This document shows, piece after piece, positions 52,101-61,100 of a DNA stretch of 64,000 bases (the stretch's first letter is position 1; every line of letters starts with the position of its first letter). This DNA is from Negaprion brevirostris. Taxonomy: Eukaryota. Where the stretch lies: contig JARDVH010000124.1 of NCBI GenBank assembly GCA_030324005.1, positions 18,484,792-18,548,791 of the forward strand, read 5' to 3'. Position numbers and translations under genes: made by a program. The notes beneath the pieces were generated by a model. The model saw only the letters and a list, made by a program, of their open reading frames with translations. It was not told the origin of the DNA and did not search any database.

Positions 52101-55100
52101 GGAGGAAACCCACACAGCCATGGGGACAATGTGCAAACTCTGCACAGACAGTGACCCAAGCTGGGAATTGAACCCGGGTTCCTGGCACTGTAGGGCAGCA
52201 GTGCTAACCACTGGGCCATCATGCCACCTGTTTATCATTTTCTCACTTACACGGNNNNNNNNNNGAGGGGCTCTTGCCTCTGGTTAGAAGCTCCCAGGTG
52301 CGACCCACTCCGCAAATGGTGGCAGATCGGGAGTTTGACTGGGGCGGTATACCTGTCACATCGTAACACACCGTAAGGCAAGCTCAGGGAGGACAGAAAC
52401 CTCCCATGGAGCAGAAGGTCAAAAGTTCACTTTATTTTGATCTTCATAGTATACATTGTCAAATCCAGCACAATCCTTTCCTCCTTATGCTGCCAGCTAA
52501 AGGAACTAGAAGAACAGTTAAAAGATTCTACCCTCAAGAAGGAAATAAACTCACTAACGAAGCAACTTGAGCTTTTCAAAGAAGACAAGGAAGAACTCGA
52601 ACTCAAATGCCAAAATTATAGTCAGCAAGTGAAGGACCTGAAACACACTGGTAAGTCGTGTAATTTAGACTTGCACATCTTAACTTGATGTTAATACAAA
52701 AGCAAAATACTGTAGATGATGAAAATCCGAAATGAAAACAGGGTGTGCTAGAAATACACAGTTGGTCAGGCAGTATTTGTAGAAAAATAAATAGGGGTAA
52801 CGTTACAGGTCAATGACCAATATGCCCCTTAATCTGCTGAGGATTTCCAAACTGCTGTGTTTTTATTTTTATGACTTTGTCTAGTCTGCACAGATCCTGT
52901 TTGAATTCTCAAAATTATTTGCAAAATCCCTTGAAAATACTGTAAATTGCTCTCCCAGTAATGCTTGTGGCACTTTCAGCTTTTTGAATGGCAACACAAA
53001 AAAACAATTTTTCCAACTTCTTTTGATATTGTAAATTATAGTTCCATGATGAAGTGATTAATACATGCTTTCTGTGAATTGTTGTTAATCTGGTTATATA
53101 CATTGTGCTTGCATTTATATTGCTTTCCTCGCATTCAGGCAGGCACCTTAAAGTGCTTCATAATAAGAGGAGTGGGATTCAGTGGGTATGAAGCATGAGG
53201 AATGGGCAAAAAGAGAAAAGAGAATGGGGTCCTGACTATTTAAAAATGGTGATGATTTTCAGGCGGTTTTAGAAAGTGGGAAGGAAGCTAGAGGCAAAAT
53301 AGTATAGGGGGAACAAGCTGGAGCACAGTGGATGGATGGATGGTCATTAGTTGTGTGGAGAAAACAAGGTTCAAGATAGCACTGTTTTAGACAATCGGAG
53401 CATGTAGGGCTAGGGAATGGAAAGAATGAGATAGACAGCGCTTTGGGAATGAGTGCGAGAAATTTAAAATTGATTTGCTGGAACACAGGAAGGCGGTAAA
53501 GCTGGAAGAGGGCAGAGGCATTTGGGAATAGGTGGAGGAAAAGATCTGTTCAGCAACATTTTGAATGAAGTGGTGGTTGAAACAGGGCCATCGATTAGGA
53601 ATGCACTGGAGAAATCAGGTTTTCAATGGTGGAAAGATCAAGTTTAAAGTGGGAAAGACATGGACAAGGGTTTCAGCAAGGATCGAAATGGGATGGTAAC
53701 AGGCCACGTTGAATGGTTAGAAGTTTCTGATAGGGCAGCAAATATGGCAGATGGTGGTGAGCGCAGTAAGAAGGAGAGGATTATAAACTATTCTGAAAAC
53801 GATATAAATTATTCACTTCAGTGATTCAATGTAATATATTTAACAAATACAGAATTTTATTACTATTTTCAATGATTTAAACTTGGGTACCTCTATTACA
53901 GTTGATGAACTGCAGAAACAAATGCAACAAGCAGAAATACCATCTCCGCCTCCTCCTCCACCTCCACCTCCTCTTCCGGTGCCATCGTCTTTTTCAAGTC
54001 CTCTCAAGTAATAACACTATTTTTTCCTGTTTTCAATTTTAGACATACGTGAATCAAATAATTTTATAGTGATTTGGAGTTTCATAATAGAATGAATGTC
54101 TTACAAGATGTGGAAACTATTTAACAGTACTTTAAATGTTCAAACATCCCATGTACTACAGTTCACTAATGAGCTGGTGCAGTAAAATTAATTTCACATA
54201 GAACAAATCTGTTATATCTACTATAAGGCTGTAACATGATCACGAGAACCCCAAGAGGCTGCATAACTTCATTTGTGCTTCTATATAAAATCTTGTCATC
54301 CTAAGTAACTTGTGGTTAGAATCTGCTGGGTCATGGTAACACCAGGCTCTCCAAACCACTGGATAGCTCTGGCAGCACCAATACTATTCTTGCTAGCATT
54401 CAACCAAGTGCAGTGCTAGCGGAGAACTGAATGCAACATCTATTGTCGTTAGAATTTTTGACAATGGGAAGGGAGCGGCAAAGTGCAACAAAGCTCATTA
54501 CAGGTCACAGCCTTCTTCAACGCATCCACAATCCTATTGTAGGGAGACTTCAGAGTATGAAAGGTTGACAGTGTGGCAGTTTACCTTTCCATTCGAGCAG
54601 TCCTTTGATGCAATTTCCAATTGATATCCGCAATGTGAATGTGCCTGTCCTTTCAGTAGTAGTAAGCTTAAAAAAAAGTGAATGAATGAATTCCTTGCAA
54701 CAGCACATACAGATGGTCTCACAGCGCCAGGGACCTGGTTCAATTGTGGTCTTGGGTGATTGTCTGTTTGGAGTTTGCATGTTCTTCCCCCTGTCTGTGT
54801 GGGTTTCCTTCAGGTGCTCTGGTTTCCCCCCACAGTCCAAAGATTTGCAAGTTAGGTGGATTGGCCATGCTAAATTGCCCCTTAGGGTCGAGGGACTAGC
54901 TAGGGTAAATGCGTGGGGTTGGGGCCTGGGTGGGATTGTGGTCTTTGCAGACTGGATGGTTTGAATGACATTCTTCTGCACTGTAGGATTCTATGATTCT
55001 ATGTAAATTAGATGGATTAGCTATGGTAAATATGTGGGGTCATGGAGATAGGATGGGGGAAGAGATCCTGGATAAGATACTCTGTCACAGAGTCAGTGCA

Positions 55101-58100
55101 GACTTGATGGGCTGAATGGCCTCCTTATGCACTGTGGGGATTCTATGAAATCCACTTACCTCAATTTGATATAATGCAATAAACAGTCAGGAAATTTATG
55201 GTTTTTGCTGAGCTGATACCACTTGAGAATCTGCAGACATTACAGCAACAATAATTTCCACCGTTGGAAATCTTTCTAAAGCAGTTATGTTATGAACCTG
55301 CATTGCTGAGGGCAGTGGGTATTGGAAATTCAGTTAATTTTGACTGAAGTTATCTTAACTGGTGAACATCCTATTTTGAAAATTTTGGTCTCTTGTTAAT
55401 CATATCCATGCCAGTTGATGAAGTCAAAACTAAGACACAGAACCTCTCCTTGCTGTGAGAGTTTATGGATTCTTGTTCAATGTCAACACGCCTCACATCC
55501 TCCAGTGTCCCAGCTATGCCCCATTTATACGAGTTCAAATATCCTCCATCTGTTTTCCTTAACAATGTGATTGACATCAACAAGTCTTAACAATGTGATT
55601 GATATTGACATACTTTCCTCACCAGTTTCTAACCACTGAAGACTGAAGGGATCATTTCATAAACATATGCTGCAAGTTGGTGGGAGTGCGACTTCCTACA
55701 GTCAGGGGGTATTAATAACGCTACACCTTAGATGACTGGTGCTCAACACTAGAACAGAATAATTATTGGATTTGGCATGCATTTTTGTGGAAAATACTTT
55801 GTATAGCAAAATGTTTGTTTAAAAAGATTAATCTTGCACAAGAAGAATATCTGACATGATTTGAAAAATATGAGATTATTAAACATTGCATTAGATGTAT
55901 AAAGATAGACCAGAGGATTTTTCAACTGTCTATCATACAACCTAACAGACGTGATCTATCTTCCAAAGGAAACCATGCGTGTAGGTAATGCTGGTTAAAA
56001 AATTAGCTACTTGTTAGTCTTTCTTCACTCTGCTTTCATTATCTGCATGACTACCCCACAGAGAGTATATAATTGAAGAATTGGTCACAAACATTTGCAT
56101 AATATCAGTTTATTATCAGTGTGCTAGATTGAGAACTTGAGTATTGCATCTCTTGCAGAATAACTTTTGTTAGCAGCTGTATGGAGGTTTTAAGGAAAAC
56201 ATACTTCTATTTCAACAGAAATCTTATGAAGATCATTTGTAAAAGACAGAAAACAGACAATTTGCCAGGGGTTGAAAAATCTCTTTCTAAGGAATCAGGT
56301 GAGCACAAGTTTCTGACCTATTATGTATGGTTAAATATGCTTTTAAAAGTAAATTAAATATTGATCAAAATATAACTTGGATTTCCAGTGTGAAACCTTA
56401 ATTTCTTAAAATGGCATTTAATGTTTGAATTGGTTAGCACACCTCTGCCTCTATTTGCTGGTTTTTAATCAAGGACAATAATTGTGCTGTCCTTTCATAC
56501 AAGTTAAGAAAGCAGCAAGAATACTGAAACAGTCCGTGTCCTGGACAACATCCAGGCTTGAACTGATAAGTGGCAAATAGCACTCATGCTATACATGTGC
56601 CAAGCAATGAACATCTCCAATAAGAGATAATCTAGCCATTGCCCCTTGACATGCAAAGCATTGTCCCCAACCTCCTAAGGTTTACCACTGTCCAAACTGT
56701 ACCAGCCTCATAAATAAGATGGCTGCAAGAGCAATTCAGAGGCTGGGAATTCTGTAGTGAGTAACTCACCTCCTTGTTCCACAGAATCTGCCAACCATCT
56801 ATGAGCCACAAGGCTGCAACTTCCCAAAGCTCCTTCAGTAGCACACACCAAACCCACAACTCCCATCATCTAGAAGAACAAGAGCAGGAGAACATCAGCC
56901 CAATTTCCCCATCAAGTTGTGCATCATCCTGAGTTGGAAATACGTTCTATTCTTTCATCATCACTGGGTCAAAATCTCAAAACCTCCCTATTTGACATTA
57001 CTGTAACCTTCAGGACACTCAAGAAGATAGCTCATGACAACATTCTCAATAGTTGGACATGGGCAGTAAACCAAAGTCTTGCAAACATTCCATGAATTAA
57101 TAAATCCAAAAGCTGCTGCTGCTACTATTGATTTTATACTGTTTTCTAGCTGTATTTACTGCTTTGTTACGGTATTTAAATAGTACTTCAAGTACTTAAT
57201 TAGTTATAAAGTTCTTTGGGATGTCCTCAAGGTTGTGAAGGGATCTTCAAATGAAAATTTTCTTCTGCCCACACTGTTACCATCCTCACACAATTTGTAA
57301 ATAATTTGGTTGGCTTAGCCTTTTTATTGTCCAATTTTGACGTAGTCACATAGAAAATAGGAGTAGGAGTGGGCCACTCAGCCTTCTGAGCCTGCTTTAG
57401 TCTCAAGAGCTGTATTTGATTTCTTCTTGAAATCACACAGCGTTGTGACAAATATTGCAAGGTAGTTAAAAGCTCTGACAACACGGTTAGGTGAGTTTCT
57501 GATTCTCCTAACAGCATGTCCTTCTATACAAAAAAAAACACATTCTGTAACTGACTGCACACAATGCCATTGACATGTTACAGCTGTAAGTAAGAATCAC
57601 AGAGATACGTTAGTGTTCTATCGCTCGCTGTTATAGTAATTTGAAAAAAATCAGCCTTTTTATATCTACTTTGCACCTTTTCTTTAAAATTGGAAAGTCA
57701 CTGCAGAGATTTTAATGACCTTGTTGAACATCTAGTGTGCACAGATCGAAAATTATACAAAATGTTACTGTAGCTTTAATGCTCTGAATTTTCGTTCCCA
57801 AGTTGCTAGCATGGAGTTGGAAACGTTACTGACTCCACAAACCCGACTTGGGAGAGAGTTCCCCGAGTAGTTTCATTTTCATTACAGGGTTGGGTGGGTC
57901 TCCTCTGAATCAACATCTCTCGTCTCCCCCGAGTCAACACCGCCCAAGTCAACACCCCCGGTCTTCCCCACGTCAACAGCCCCGGTGTCCCTCGAATCAA
58001 CATCCCCATTCTCCCCTGAGTCAACAGCCCTGGCCTCTCCTGAGTCAACCATACCCCAGTCTCCCCTGAGTCAACATCCCTGGTCTTCCCTGAATCTACC

Positions 58101-61100
58101 ACCCTGTCAGCCCTTCCCTGAGTCAAATGCTATCCTTCTCCCCCCTGAGTCAACAACCCCAGTCTCCTCTGAGTCAACACCTCTCATCTCCCTCGAGTCA
58201 ATGCCACCACCCACCCATCCCTCCTCTATCCCCAAGTCTTCTTCCAGTAACTCTTTGAGTCTTATACTGTTACTCATGAGTCAAGCCTGGTGACAACCCC
58301 CGCCCGCACCCCCGTCAAATCCAATAGCTTCTGACCCTCGCACTACCCGCCCCCCCAAATAATCGAAGCCTCTCCACAAGCCGTGCGCTCACCAGGTGAA
58401 AGTCTTGTGAAGCTAGTTGTACTTCACACCGTTCTTGCAGCAGGCCACCATGGATGGATTTTGTGGCGGGCGTGAGATATGATTCTGGTGTTTTGGCCTG
58501 ATAATGAGATGCTAATGTGTTCAAATTAGGATCCTGATGTTCAGCTCGCCACTGATGGGGAAGGTGAAAATTCTGGCAAACATTCATATCAACATGAAAC
58601 ACGACTTTCCACCTCTCACGATATTTTCCATTCCCGTCACTGAACAAGGCCAACATGAGTGGGAATGAAAGATTCCAACCCATCTTACTCATCCAGACCA
58701 TTCACTACATTTACGTTCTTTATACAACATGATCCCTTATAAATAAATATTTAATTGAAATGCTTAATCTCTTATAAAACTTTTTGGGGCAGCATGGTGG
58801 CATAGTGGTTAGCACTGCTGCCTCACAATACGAGGGATTCGGGTTTGATTCCTGGCTTGGGTGACTGTCTGTGTGGAGTTTGCACATTCTCCCTGTGTCT
58901 TCATGGATTCCCTCCAGGTGCTCCGGTTTCCTCCCACAGTTAGCGTCCCAAGACATATAGGTTAAGGGGATTAGCCAGGGTAAATTGCACCTTTGTGGCC
59001 CTAATGTGTAGGTTAGAGGGGTATATGGGGTAAATATGTGGAGTTACAGGGATAGGCCGGGGTGGGATGCTCTGTTGGAAATTGGGCGCAGACCTTATTG
59101 GCACAATGGCCTCCTTCTGTGCTATAGGGATTCTATGATCCTGTAAACAAGCGTTTGTATTCATAGCCCCACATCAAAAACTTTATAACCATTGGAAGAT
59201 CTGTCAATAAAACTGAACCAACAGGTACCCCTTTGTGATATTATAGGTTGTGAAATCAGTCTTGTAGCACAAATCCTATAATAATGGTATATGTCAACAG
59301 TTGGGGGAAAAAGCAAGCACTTCTTAAAAAACTGCAGCATGTTTTCTTTTTAAATTTAAAGGCCAGGAGATTTAAATACCTTGACAACGTGACAGCAGCA
59401 ATTACTTGACAGTTCCACTAAGTTTATCCATTTCTTATGCGCATTCACATCTAGTTTTAACAATCCTAAAATGCACCTGGCCTATCCCAAAAGACACCTT
59501 GTCTCTCCCTAAGCTGTCGCTGGACCTGGCTAAAGGGTATGATCTGGAGGAGGGAACCGAGTGTATGGTGTCGAAATTTGTTGATGACACCAAGATTGGT
59601 GGAACGGCAAATTNNNNNNNNNNNNNNNNNNNNNNNNNNNNNNNNNNNNNNNNNNNNNNNNNNNNNNNNNNNNNNNNNNNNNNNNNNNNNNNNNNNNNNN
59701 NNNNNNNNNNNNNCAGGCTCGAAGGGCTAGATGGCCTACTCCTGCTCCTATTTCTTATGTTCTTATGTTATGTACCCTACCTCTCCAAAGAAATTCAGCA
59801 ATTTTGGACCTTCTCCTAAAAGGTCTGAAGCCCAGAAGTTCTGTTTTGGGCATCCCAGTTAGATCTGTTTGAAAGGAGTTGCGCTTACATGTACATGTAA
59901 GGCAATGGATGTACAGTTTATTTCACAAAGCATGTATGTACAAACTGCAACCCACTCCACCTCCCCTGCCCCCCGACATAAATAGTGGTGCCAAGTTCAG
60001 GGGCAGGATTTCTGGAATCGTGCCTTTGACATCATTTTGGATAACTGGAGACCCTCTCCATCTTTCTGAAAAGTCAGGCCTCTGTTTCAGGCCTGTGAAC
60101 CTTAGAGATTCGATTTTGTAGAAGGTCACAGACCTGAAACTGAACTGTTTTTTCCCCTCCAGAAATGCTGAGTATTTTCAGAATTTTCTGTTTTTATTTA
60201 TTTTGTGTGAGTAATTTGTTTTCTGAATATTATTTTTCAAAACTGAGGTATGTTTTTCCACAGGACAGATTTTAGAAGACTTGAAGAAGCAAGCAGTTGA
60301 TGAAATGATGGAGAGAATTAAGAAGGGTGTTCACCTTCAGAAAGTTGATCATGCTAAAAGGGTAACAGAATAGTTATCACAATTTATTTTTATTTGAAAT
60401 ACATGATGAATTTCTCTCCCTTATGAAAATCTGAAATCTGTGCAGCAAGTATCATATTGTATAATGATGCAAAAAGGTGTAGAAATAATCATCAGTCTTT
60501 TTGCGGATGAGGAAAATAGAAATCTTCCTCTGGTACAGTAGAGAGTGTTCACAATTGGTATTATCAGAGCTGCTTTCTTTCATTGGTAGTAAATTTAAAG
60601 GCACAGAGACTGCAGGTAGCAGGGTGTTCAACATTCTGACAAATCCTCAACAGTTATGTATATAAAATAGGGTTCGTACAACCAATGGAGTACCACTCAT
60701 TCATTGTCGTTCTTTATCCCCCTTCTATTCGCAAGCACTTGGGTGGAACTTTCCTGTCCCACCCACCACGAGAATCATAGCGGGCAGGACACGAACCATG
60801 CAAAGGTCTGTTGACCTCGGGCGGGATTTTCAGGTCTTGGAGCGGGCACCCTTTTGCCTTATATAACTAACTTCCCTGGGGTAGGAGGTACTTCTTCCAA
60901 TGGCCCAGTCCTTCAGGATTAATAAGATGCAAGACATGGTAACTGGATTTAATCATGTTAGTCCTGCCCTCACTAATCGATTGCTGGGTTGGACGTCAAC
61001 TATTTTTAGAATATGAAGATTTTATCAGATTCCCAATAAATGTAACTTAAACTGAATGATACTAGAAATACTCCTAAGCTATCATCAAACTATTATTATA

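Noticed and set aside
52265-52447. Functional rRNA locus or contamination
   Set aside because: Short, mutated and embedded in a colinear intron with no other rDNA.
57985-58293. ORF with PEST-like SPEST repeats (and overlapping ORFs 57806, 57848)
   Set aside because: Translation of a minisatellite, open in several frames, with no splice context or shootin homology.
58786-58860. tRNA genes at SINE heads (also 14320, 22873, 47611)
   Set aside because: tRNA-derived A/B-box heads continuous with SINE bodies; no intact cloverleaf.
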